Of a stretch of 64,000 nucleotides of DNA, positions 38,260 through 50,409 are shown one piece after another (position 1 is the first letter of the stretch; every line of letters starts with the position of its first letter). The translations under genes were made by a program, and so were the position numbers. The stretch is from NCBI GenBank assembly GCA_002104945.1, contig MCFH01000068.1, forward strand, positions 124,001-188,000, given 5' to 3'. The DNA comes from Piromyces finnis finn. Taxonomy: Eukaryota; Fungi; Neocallimastigomycota. A model generated the notes under the pieces. That model had not been told where the DNA came from. It made no database searches and saw only the letters and a list, made by a program, of their open reading frames with translations.

Positions 38260-39616
38260 ACTGACTGAAAAAAGTCCTTTCAAAACTTTGTTATTAAGAG
38301 CTTTAATTACTGGTTTAAGGGACAAATTCTTATCAAATGGAACACCAAGATAAGTATAACAATCAGTAGTTGGAATGGGTTGTCCTGCTAAGTAAAATGT
38401 TGGATCTCTCTTGTTCTGATTTTCTATTGATTCAGGACGAATCACCATCATTGAACATTTCTGAATACCAAATTCCATTTCATTATACAAGGCCCATTCA
38501 TTAACTCTTCTTAGCATCTTTTTTAAGCATCCTCTTGTTGGAGCACAAATAACTATATCATCTGCAAAAAGTCCACCACAGCATCGAATGCCTCCTAAGC
38601 TGACTCCGAGATCTTCGCACTTTTTAAATATATCATTAATAAAAAGATTAGAGAGAATCGATTGGGACTGAATCATATGTTTTCCTGAGATCTAAAAAAG
38701 CCAAATATGTCTCTTTATTATCTAATTGACGTCTACTACATATTTCTTGGATTGAAATGAAAAGACTGATACTTTCTTCCTTTTTTCGAAAACCAAATTG
38801 TTCAGGTCTAATGAAATTATTCTTTAGACCATATTGTGAAATTCTAGTGGTGACAATTTTGGAAATCAACTTAATACCATTATTGATAAGTGATATACCT
38901 CGATAGTTATCACAATCTGTCAAATCTCCCTTCTTAGGAATAGAAACAATACTGGATTCATTCCATGAGTTGGGAAAATCTCTATCCCAAATACGGTTGA
39001 ATAATTTAAGAATAAAATTTAAACCATGAGCATCATTATCTGAAGTAGTATTACCGGAAGAATTATTATCTGTAGCATTATTAGAATCATTACTTGATGG
39101 AATTAATGCTTTGTAAAATTCAATTGGAATACCATCCGGACCTGATGCTTTATAATTTGGAGTAGTGAGGATAGCTGACTTGACTTCATCAATACTAATA
39201 TCTTGGTTAATATCCCATTCATCAAGCATAGGAAGTGAAAAACGTTTATTCGTTGGTTATTCATACCAATGCTCCAAATCAAGACTTACACCACTTGGAT
39301 CTGATGCAAGCTTTTCGAAATGATCATGCCACACATCTAGTTGTTCTTCCGTAGCAACAACTAATTCTCCATTTTTATTTTTAATTGGTTGAGCAATAAA
39401 GAAAGAATCTTTTCCAATTTTTGCAGTTTTCTTGATCCATTTCCAGGCCTTCTTAGGATTATGACTCTTCATATACTCACATCCTGTTTTAATCCAATGA
39501 AGATATTCTTGTTTCCTAAATTCATTACATCTTTTGTGGATGTAATCAATGAGCTTACGGTAGATTTTAATTCTTTTAATAAATTCATCTATATCATAAA
39601 TTCTTTCTTTTTTAAA
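36784..39616 (-). pseudogene. Rearranged older LINE-A copy 3 (deletions, local duplication, SINE insertion)
   Basis: ORF pieces 39257-39646, 38648-39229, 38146-38676, 37322-37630 and 36779-37066 match LINE-A. Confidence 0.9.
37695..38257 (+). mobile_element. SINE copy 3 inserted in LINE-A fragment
   Basis: TSD TTACTGACTGAAAA at 37681-37694 and 38258-38271; about A28 tail. Confidence 0.92.
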
Positions 39617-42600
39617 TTTTTTTTTTTTTTTTTTTAACGGCATCAAATATTATAAACTTTATTATTAATTTAATTAAAATTATAATACATGTAATAAAAA
39701 ATTAAAAAATAAAAATAAAAATAAAAAAAATATGTTTAAATAAACACAAATGAATAAAAATTGGGTATAATGTATTCTAGTAATTTTAATTAAAGTAAGA
39801 AAGCCACTATCATACTAAAGTATAATAATTGTATTTGACTTCCAATGGGACACCGAGCCAAAGATCAAAATTTTGTCATGGAACAAAATTATGATCTCCA
39901 TTGGTTGCGCTGGCCCTCCTGGCCTGTCTTACTGTTTCTTCAGCATTGACGCTCTTGGATGTTGCTTCAAACCTTTTGAACATTGACCATTGCTGGCCAA
40001 TAGCAAAAGGCATGATTTTGGTTAGAAGTTCCGCGGTTACCGTCAAGAATGGTGTTCCTTCATTAGTACCAGATTGAATCTGATGCTTACAAAGTTCTTT
40101 CCATTCCCTTGAATTGTAATTGATATTGTTAAAACTTCTTCCCCCAAGAAGGAATTTAAATATTTTACTGCACACACTAGAATAATCATACACATTAATA
40201 TTCACCGGATTATTAGAACTATTACTATCATTAACTAAATTACTATCTAAATTAGAATTATTATCTTCACTATTGCTATCATTACTAATATTATTATTTC
40301 TATTATTGTTATTATTACTATTGTTACTATTACTATTGTTACTATTACTATTGTTATTACTACTATTGTTACTATTACTATTAATGTTATTACTATCTCT
40401 ACTGATATTATCAATTTCATTATTATTGATAGGACTATTGGAATTACGTTGACTGAAAAAATTTAATAGCTGGACTATGGAATCATAATGTTTAATACGG
40501 ATATCTCTAAATGTTGGACAATCTAATAACCAATGTTTAATACTTTGATCTCCACACTTGCAACATGGACAGTAGTTAGGACAAACTGGATCAACAAATT
40601 TAGCAGCTTTGGCAACTCTAGCATCCAACTTGTATCCGCTTCTTGCTTTCAATAGCCAGTAGAAGCCATAGGCAAACTCTGGGTACTCATAACATAATTT
40701 AATAAAATCTTTAGTTTCAATAAATTTATTATCATCATAATATTGCGCTTTGATTGAATTCCCTTTGAGATCTTTCCAATAAAAGTTTTTAACTGCTTTA
40801 ACATCTCCATGCTTCTTTAGTTTTTTATCAAGTGTCCTACTTGATTTGCACCACGTGTATTTTCTAAATTTAGGAATGTAATTGACAAGGTGTGAGATAA
40901 TACAATTTGAGTTTTTCCATTTGTTAAAACATCTAACCTGAGCTAACGCACATTTGGCTGACAATGGAGGAATATTCAAATCTTTTGAAATAGAGTATAA
41001 AGATATAAACGATACAGCTTTATGAACTCCGGCAACCCATCGTATTCCTTTGTTAACATGCTTCTGAGCAATCCTAGACCTAGCTTTGTTGGATCCAAGT
41101 AATGGTGCAAAGTATGAAACTCTGCTAATCACTTGTGAGTTAAGTACTAGTTTTTTGAAAGGAATAGGAATATTAGGATTTCTTAAGAATTTACTGACTG
41201 AGAAAAGCCCTTTCAAAACTTTGTTATTAAGAGCTTTAATTACTGGTTTAAGGGACAGATTCTTATCAAATGGAACACCAAGATAAGTATAGCAATCAGT
41301 AGTTGGAATGGGTTGTCCTGCTAAGTAAAATGTTGGATCTCTCATGTTCTGATTTTCTATTGATTCAGGAGGAATCACCATCGTTGAACATTTCTGGATA
41401 CCAAATTCCATTTCATTATACAATGCCCATTCATTAACTCTTCTAAGCATCTTTTTTAAGCATCCTCTTGTTGGAGCACAAATAACTATATCATCTGCAA
41501 AAAGTCCACCACAGCATCGAGTGTCACCCAAACTGACTCCTAGATCTTCGCACTCTCTAAATATATCATTAATAAAGAGATTAAAGAGAATAGGAGAAAG
41601 AGGGCAACCTTGACGGACTCCTTTCTTCACATCAAAAGATTTCGAGAATTGTCCATCTAATTTGACATTAGCCTTAGATGTTAAATATAAATTTTTGATA
41701 AATTGTAGACTCTTACCTCGGATTCCTAAACAATCTAATTTATGGAGAATATTACCGATTGGGACTGAATCGTATGCTTTCCTGAGATCTAAAAAGGCCA
41801 AATATGTCTCTTTATTATCTAATTGACGTCTACGGCATATTTCTTGGATTGAAATGAAAAGACTAATACTTTCTTCCTTTTTTCGAAAACCAAATTGTTC
41901 AGGTCTAATGAAATTATTCTTTAGACCATATTCTGAGATTCTAGTGGTGACAATTTTGGAAATCAACTTAATACCATTATTGATAAGTGATATACCTCGA
42001 TAGTTATCACAATCTGTCAAATCTCCCTTCTTAGGAATAGAAACAATACTGGATTCATTCCATGAGTTGGGGAAATCTCCATCCCAAATACGGTTGAATA
42101 ATTTAAGAATAAAATTTAAACCATGAGCATCATTATCTGAAGTAGTATTACCGGAAGAATTATTATCTGTAGCATTATTAGAATCATTACTTGATGGAAT
42201 TAATGCTTTGTAAAATTCAATTGGAATACCATCCGGACCTGATGCTTTATAATTTGGAGTAGTGAGGATAGCTGACTTGACTTCATCAATACTAATATCT
42301 TGGTTGATATCCCACTCATCAAGCATAGGAAGTGAAAAACGTTTATTCGTTGGTTATTCATACCAATGCTCCAAATCAAGACTTACACCACTTGGATCTG
42401 ATGCAAGCTTTTCGAAATGATCATGCCACACATCTAGTTGTTCTTCCGTAGCAACAACTAATTCTCCATTTTTATTTTTAATTGGTTGAGCAATAAAGAA
42501 AGAATCTTTTCCAATTTTTGCAGTTTTCTTGATCCATTTCCAGGCCTTCTTAGGATTATGACTCTTCATATACTCACATCCTGTTTTAATCTAATGAAGA

Positions 42601-45165
42601 TATTCTTGTTTCCTAAATTCATTACATCTTTTGTGGATGTAATCAATGAGCTTACGGTAGATTTTAATTCTTTTAATAAATTCATCTATATCATAAATTC
42701 TTTCTTTTTTAAATCTCTTATACAACTTCATTTTGATTTTTTGGAGATTAAAAATTTGTTGTGAAATATGAAATGAAGACTTTATAACATTATTTGCTGA
42801 AGTAATACTGAGCTCGTCTGCAATTGAAAAAGCAGTTGAAGTAAACTCTTTGGAAAGTTCATCTGTAGAAACATTAGGATCGTTGATTTTTGCTGAAAGT
42901 ATTTGGAATTTATTATGACTGAGAATAGATTCCTTTTCCTCAATACATTTTAATCTATTCCATTTCAGAATTTTCTTAGGAACATTAAAGTCATTAGAAA
43001 AATCTTCCATAGGAATAATTTTACCATTAATAAGAAGTGGCTTATGGTCTGATACAGGATAAAAATTATTTATAAATGATCCTGAGTGAATAAGATCTTT
43101 CATCTTCGAATTGATAAGAGCATGGTCAATGTCGGAAGATTGATCACCTCGAGTCCAAGAGATAGTCGACCCTCTAAGCGGAAGAATTTCCCAATCTCCT
43201 AATCCATTAGTTGATAACCAGTTGGATAATTTTACTTTAGACATATTAAAATCACCAACAAGAATCGATGGATGGGATGAATGAGTTTGTAACCACAAGC
43301 GAACTTCTAACTTTGCATGATCAACATAGATGTTGTGATGACTATGAGGCATATACACATTTCCAATCGAGCATTTGAATCTATTCCAGAGACTAAAAGT
43401 ATAAATAGAAATAATATACTTTCCAGAGAAGTTTTCAAGTAAGGCTTGACATGAATTGTGAAAACCTAAATATAAACCTCTCATTCCCGGAGCTGATTCG
43501 TCAGCTTTCTTGAAAAAGTGTCTATAGTTTCGCAAAGTAACACGACAAGGATAATCTGTATTCGAACCAGAACCATTACCAGTTTCTTGGAAACATAAAA
43601 ATAATGGTTTGAAAATAGCTGTGAAATAGCTAATACTATCTCTCTTTTCGTGATTCCACCCATTGGTGTTCCAACTAAGACAAAAAGAAAAGTTATCAGG
43701 CTTGATGGATGAGGAAGAATCGTTGCTATTATTATTATTATCAAGGTCATCATTATTAATGGATGATGCATCAGAGGAATAAGTAGAACTATTACTAGAT
43801 GGCTGTGAAACTGAAGAACTATCAACTATTGAACTGTTATCAGAGTTGATAGAGCTATTAGAATTAATTGTTGAATGTTGAGATTGAAATTGTGTTTGCT
43901 GTAGATCTGGAATATTTTTATGATGGGAAACTTGTTGAAGATCTTGTTGAAGATCTTGTTGAAGATCGGATTGTTGATGAGATTGTTGAACTGATTGTTG
44001 AAATGATTGTTGAATAGAATGTTGATGTTTATTAGAAACTAAAATTTTACGTTTGAGTGTGGAAAAAGTGTATTTGTGATTCCTTCTACTACGAGCTGAA
44101 AAGGAAATTGAGGTAACTGAAAGTTTCTTCTTTAACATGTGTAAGATTTTAATACAATCTTTTGTTGAACCATGAACCTTGACTAAGAAAAAGTGATCAT
44201 TGAAAGTCTGAAAATATTTAACACTAATAACTGAATTAAATTTATCTTCTAGAATAACCTCGAGTTTTTCCCATAGCATATTTACTGACCATGATCGAAT
44301 ACCACGGATAAAGAAGGAGCGAATATCATCTAAGGGGATACCATAAGACCGGGTACCACGTCTGATATAATTCTTATCTTTAATATAAAGGACTGACATG
44401 ATAATAAATTCTAATTAAAAAATATTGAATATAAAATAAATACTAATAAAAATTATAAATATAACGTATATGGAAAAAATCTGTCTCTCTCTCTCTTCTT
44501 AAAAGTACTGGATAGTACAAAAATTGTTACGATGCTTTGTTTAAAGTTTCTTTTTTTTGAATTCTAGTTGTAAATTTTCTTTAAAAATTCTAGTTTTGGT
44601 TTGTTGTTAGTAAATTCGATTCGCTTTTTGACACTAAACTTGTTTGACTTTACTTTTCATTAAATATTTAAATTGGTAAAAAATTTGAATCAAGAATGTC
44701 GACACCAGAAAGCTTGTGAATAGTATTTTTACATGATGTAGAGTGAATCAGTCTCTTACAAGAAACAATACAACAATAGCTACATGAATATAAAAATACA
44801 ATGCAAATGCTAAAGTTGCCTACATTGGATTCTTACAAGAGAAGAGTAGTACTACATGAATACATGAATAAAAGAAAAAATACAGCAACAAAATGTATTA
44901 CTCTTCTAATTAAATACTATACAAACTTACCTGAATATCAAACATTCAACTTATTCATCAAATACTTAAATTCGATGAATAAAATGTTTTTTAATCGCTC
45001 AGTACCATGAGCTTAGTCCTAATAATTTTCCCTTAAAGACTAACCAAGCATCCATTGCGCAATACTTGGATTTAATTCTTTCTACTCTCTCAGTACCATG
45101 AGCATGAGTAGACCCCCTTGAGAAACTCCATTTATTAAATAAATGAAGGCACGTTACCAAGGGGG
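39617..45165 (-). mobile_element. LINE family A, near full length (copy 2), inverted relative to copy 1
   Basis: ORF-track translations identical to copy 1 (602, 71 and 816 aa); own poly(A) at 39617-39635. Confidence 0.95.
39876..44399 (-). pseudogene. LINE-A reading frame with the same two in-frame stops
   Basis: TAG at 42591-42593 and TAA at 42354-42356. Confidence 0.92.
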
Positions 45166-45480
45166 TCAGTATTTTACTACCGAATAAAACAATTTAAAGT
45201 TTAATATTATGTTATAAAAGTTGTAAAAGCAACTACTATCTAAAGTAAGTTGAAGGTGTAAGAGAGATATGATATAACAACTAACACTCAAATTATCTAC
45301 TCTATGTGCCCAGTACCATAAGTTTAGTCCTTATAATATTTCACAATAAAGACTAACCAAGCATCCATTGCGCAATGTTTGGATTTATTTTTTCTACTCG
45401 CTCAGTACCATGAGCATGAGTAGAGCCCCTTGAGAAACTTTATTTATTAAATAAATGAAGGCACGTTCCCAAGAGGGATT
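45166..45480 (-). repeat. LINE-B 5'UTR start module
   Basis: Reverse complement nearly identical to about 50515-50790. Confidence 0.8.
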
Positions 45481-46014
45481 TGTAGCTTCATAAGCTAAAA
45501 TATAATTTATTATAAAGAACTACTTATTTATCACTAAATATCTGTATTTAAGGGAGAGATAGTGAAAATATGAAATTTAAAATTCAAAAAAACAATATTT
45601 ATTTATATGTAAACACTACGAATAATTAAAACATTAAATAGAAACTAGGGCGTAAATACATAGAAAGAATGAAAATTCAAATGGAAAATAAGATTCAATA
45701 CACGGAAAGAACAAAATTTAAAATACAAATTAAAAATACTCTTAAATATTATAATTATAAGTAAATCAATACAAATACATAAAAATCACCTAAAAATAAA
45801 ATATTAAAATTCAATACATATAAACTAAATGAATTTAACATTATTAAATATTATATAAAAAAAATACTAACAATTTTATAATTATTTATTGGTTATTTTT
45901 TTATATAAATTTTATATTTTAATCCTTTATTTATTACTTTTTTGTATTATTAATATTAATAGATTTATAAAATAAGCCGTAAATTTTTATAATTTACTAA
46001 AATAAAATAAAATT

Positions 46015-48909
46015 TCAATATAAATTATTATTAATAGTATCCCAAAGATATTTATTAATAGGTGATATTTCTTTGAAATATTTTTTATATATTTCTATAT
46101 TACTTTTTAATGGAAATATTCTTTTAAATCCACCTAATGGTCTTGTAAACTCACATATACTTTGTTGAATTGCTTCTTCAATATAGTTTTTAAATTTTTT
46201 TTCACCTTCTAAAGCTTTTCCATCAATATGAGAATAAGGTACAATTCCTATAATATTAAATAAGTCTACTAATGTTTGTCTTAACATTTTCTTTCGATCT
46301 AAAGTTAATGATTCTTCTGCTAAAGTTGGATTTATATTTATTTCAATTAACCATGGTTTAAAATTTTCATCAATCATTATATCCACACCATATAAATCAT
46401 AAATATTATTAGACTTAAGTTTCATACTATTTTCTTTTTTTATCTCTAAATGATTCATGGTAATTATTGATTTTATAATAATATCATTAACCTTCTTTTC
46501 AATTTCCGAAAAATTTAGTTTATATTCTTTTTTTAAATATTTTTTAATTTTTTCAAATGATACAACCGATTCTTTTACTTTAAAATTATTTTTATTTTTT
46601 TTATTAAGATATAAGTTAGTTACATGTTTAAATATGTTATCCAATTGGTCTAAATCAATATCATATTTTTCTGATGATACCTTAGCCCATCCGTTTGAAT
46701 GTACATATATTTTTAATGGATTATGCCCAGTAACTAAAACATGAAATCTTAAATCAAACTTCTTTCCATTTATTAATAATGGATTTGAAATATATTTAGT
46801 TACTATTTCATTCTTTCTTACATCATTAACACTCTTTAGAAATCTTATTTTATTACCCAATGATGAATTTCTTGGCTTTATTAACCATAAATTATTTTTT
46901 GATATTTTATAATTTTTAAAATACCTCTTAAATTCTTCAATGGTTTCTTGTGTATAAGTTTTAGGTAAATAATTAAAATCTTCAGAAAATTGTTTTTTAA
47001 AAATTTCATAATTTTTATATAACAGATGTTTTCTAGTAATTTCATGAAACATAAGCATATGATTATACTTTTGATATTTATTTATCGTTAGAGGAATAAC
47101 TGAATTTTTACGTGTTGCTCTCCAATTCAAATTTACATTATTTTCTTCAAACAAACTTATTATTCCATTTTCACTTAATGTAGATCTTAAACTTTTGAGA
47201 TTAGGATGTTTTCCTCCAACAAAATATTTTTTATCATTAATTATAAACTCTTCCACTCTATCATTTATATTACTTTTAAGTAATGACGGATATTTAAAAA
47301 ATATTGTTCTTTGATTAACTTTACATTTAGATGACGGTAATAACATTAATAATTTCTGTGATGTTACATTAGTATACTGAGGTATTTTTTCTAATATATT
47401 TTTTTTTTTCTCACTTTTCTCTAAAATACCATTAATTTTTTTTTTTTCAATTTTTTTCTTTTCTTTGTTTTCATTACCTAAGTTTATTGATTTTATAACA
47501 TCAATGGATTTTACATTAACAGTTGAATTATTTACAATTTTTTTTTTTTTTTTTCCATTTTCTTTATTTATTCTATTCCAAAGTACTTTATTATTTTCAG
47601 AATAACTTTCAAAAAACTTCTTATAATAATTAATATTTTCTTTTAGTGGAAAAATTACTTCAAATCCTCCTAAAGGTCTTGTTAATTCACATATAGATTG
47701 ATCAATAATTTCTTCTATTGAATTTTCATATATACATTTTCCCTCTAATGCATGACCATTAACATGTGAAAATGGGACCATACCAATTATATTAAACATA
47801 TCATGCACAATTTGATATTTTATATTTGTTCTATGAGATTTATATTTACTTACATTTAAATCAGGACCATGATTTACTTCAAGTAACCAAACTTTAAATT
47901 TATCATCAATTATCACATCTACACCTAAAATTTTAAATAAATTATTTGAGGATAATTTACTATTATTATTTTTTTTTAATTGAATATTATTCATTGATAT
48001 AAGAGTTTTTATACATATGTCTTTTATTTGATCCCATATTTTATTAAAATTTGTATTATATTTTTCTTCAATTAATTTCTTTAATTCTGAAATAGATTTC
48101 ACAAAATCATTATATTTATATCCTTTTTTGTTGTTTTTATTAATTGAAGTATTTGTTAAATGTTTATAAGTATTATCTAAATCTTTAATATTTAAATCAA
48201 ATTCGTCCGTTGATAATCTACATAATCCCTCTTTAAAAAGATAAATTTTAAGAGGATCATGTCCAGTTACTAATAAATATAACCTTATATCAAATTTTCT
48301 ATTATCAATTAATAAAGGATTTGATATATACTTCATAACAATATCGTTTTTTTTAATATTTTCTACGTTTTTTAAAAAATGAATACCTCTTCCTCTTGAT
48401 AATAATTTTGGTTTAATTAACCATAAATTATTTTCAGATAATGTATAATTCTCAAACTCTTTTTCAAATTCATTAGTATTTATTTTAACATATGTTTTTG
48501 GCATATATGTAAAATCATTTGAAAATTTTTTATTCATTTTTTCGTAGTTAATATATAAATTGTCTTTTCTTGTTATTTCATAATGTCGTAATATAGTATT
48601 TTGTCTTTGATAATAATTTAAATTATATGTTTTTTTTTTTTGTATTGAATTATTCAATGTCCAGATTAAATTTGCATTTTCCATATGATGTAATCTTATT
48701 ATATTATTATTACTAAGTGTATTACTTATACTTGGCATAGTGTAGTTAATTTTACCAAAATATTGTTCGAAAGCCCCAACAAAATATTCTCTATTTTGAA
48801 TTGTTAATTCAGTTATATTAAAATTTTTAATATTTTGTTCTAAATCTGATGGATATCGAAAAAAAATAGTTCGTTGATGACATTTACACTGTTCAGCAGG
48901 AGATACCAT
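46015..48909 (-). CDS. Tubulin-tyrosine ligase / polyglutamylase (TTLL)-family protein with two tandem TTL domains
   Basis: Twice: WLIKP..SRG/SLG, KYISNPLLI..KFD(I/L)R, HLTN/HVTN, GVD(V/I)..D..(V/P)WL(L/I)E(V/I)N..P; Lys-rich linker; uninterrupted 964 aa. Confidence 0.9.
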   Translation of the reverse strand: MVSPAEQCKCHQRTIFFRYPSDLEQNIKNFNITELTIQNREYFVGAFEQYFGKINYTMPSISNTLSNNNIIRLHHMENANLIWTLNNSIQKKKTYNLNYYQRQNTILRHYEITRKDNLYINYEKMNKKFSNDFTYMPKTYVKINTNEFEKEFENYTLSENNLWLIKPKLLSRGRGIHFLKNVENIKKNDIVMKYISNPLLIDNRKFDIRLYLLVTGHDPLKIYLFKEGLCRLSTDEFDLNIKDLDNTYKHLTNTSINKNNKKGYKYNDFVKSISELKKLIEEKYNTNFNKIWDQIKDICIKTLISMNNIQLKKNNNSKLSSNNLFKILGVDVIIDDKFKVWLLEVNHGPDLNVSKYKSHRTNIKYQIVHDMFNIIGMVPFSHVNGHALEGKCIYENSIEEIIDQSICELTRPLGGFEVIFPLKENINYYKKFFESYSENNKVLWNRINKENGKKKKKIVNNSTVNVKSIDVIKSINLGNENKEKKKIEKKKINGILEKSEKKKNILEKIPQYTNVTSQKLLMLLPSSKCKVNQRTIFFKYPSLLKSNINDRVEEFIINDKKYFVGGKHPNLKSLRSTLSENGIISLFEENNVNLNWRATRKNSVIPLTINKYQKYNHMLMFHEITRKHLLYKNYEIFKKQFSEDFNYLPKTYTQETIEEFKRYFKNYKISKNNLWLIKPRNSSLGNKIRFLKSVNDVRKNEIVTKYISNPLLINGKKFDLRFHVLVTGHNPLKIYVHSNGWAKVSSEKYDIDLDQLDNIFKHVTNLYLNKKNKNNFKVKESVVSFEKIKKYLKKEYKLNFSEIEKKVNDIIIKSIITMNHLEIKKENSMKLKSNNIYDLYGVDIMIDENFKPWLIEININPTLAEESLTLDRKKMLRQTLVDLFNIIGIVPYSHIDGKALEGEKKFKNYIEEAIQQSICEFTRPLGGFKRIFPLKSNIEIYKKYFKEISPINKYLWDTINNNLY

Positions 48910-49102
48910 TAATATTTTTTGTGAATTAATATTTAAAAATTCAGGAAATTTTTCAATAATATCTATATTTTCATTTCTTTTTTATTATTATTTAATATAT
49001 TTAAAATAAATATTAGTAAATAAAAAAATTTTTATCCTTACATCACTATATTTTAATGTTATTATTATCATTTATAAAATTACTAAAGAAGAAAAATAAT
49101 TA

Positions 49103-49108
<6 letters not shown>

Positions 49109-49137
<29 letters not shown>
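49109..49137. repeat. (TA)n microsatellite
   Basis: Directly visible. Confidence 0.9.
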
Positions 49138-49138
<1 letters not shown>

Positions 49139-50409
49139 CTCGCATTAATTAATTTTTAATTTATATAAATAAACTTTTATTAAATAATTTTAATATTTAA
49201 ATATTTAATTTTTTTTATAAATTTAAATTTTTTAATTTTTAATTTTTATACTATTTAGAAAATATTACTTATTTAACTCTATACTTCCATTATATGAATT
49301 ATTTGGACTTTTACTTTCCCTATTTATTTAAAAAATAAAAACAATTACTATTATAATATAGTTATTTTAAACTTATTAATTATTAATATTTACTTTATAA
49401 AAAATAATACTACTTTACTTTATTTTATTTTTATTATCTTCATTATATTCCAATATATCGCATAATACTCCAGATCCTAATATTAATAATATAACTACAA
49501 TAGTATATATATTTAGTTTATTTAATTTCATAATTGTTATAAAATAAGCTTTTTAAAACTTAATATAAATTTTAAATTAAATAAAAATATATTATTATAT
49601 AATATATATATATATATAAAATAATCTAATCTTATTTTAAAATTTTCCATTTTTTTAATTATCTATTCATTTTATTAAACTTTTTAAATTCAATTTAATC
49701 TAAATTGAATTTAAAATTAATAAATAATTTTATCTAATCAATATTCTAATTTTATTTTAAAAAAAATTATTAATATTGAACCTGTTTTTATAAATTATTA
49801 TAATTATATTCACGAAAAAAAAAAAAAAAGACAACTTTTATAAATTTACTTGTTTTTTTATATATTATAATAATATATTGACTTATTTATTATTATATTT
49901 TTATTTTTTGTAAAGTTGGAAAATTATAATAATAAAATTATATTAACAATTAAGTTAGAATTATGACTATTTGAATTAAAAAAAATTATTATATAATGGT
50001 TAATTATTTTACATTTTTTAGCAAAAAATAATATAAAAATTATTTAATATATTATCTATCATTAATTAATAATTATTTATTATAATCATATAATTAAAAT
50101 TATTTTAAAAATAATTTTTAATAACTAAATTAATGCTCATAATTTTTTTTAGCAGTTGGAAGGATAGCAATTTATAAATATTTTAGTATTTATATGAGCT
50201 TTATATTAAAGCAGGATTGAAAACAATGTATTTTGAAGTTCATAGAATATTTTTTTATGTCTTGTTTTGTGTTTTTATTTTTAAGTATTTTACTATGTGC
50301 TTTATATATTGTATATTAAACATATAAATTGCTATATTTAATCTATAATACATATTTATTTATATTATTTAAATTTTTTTATTTAAAAATTAATAATAAT
50401 CATTCATTA

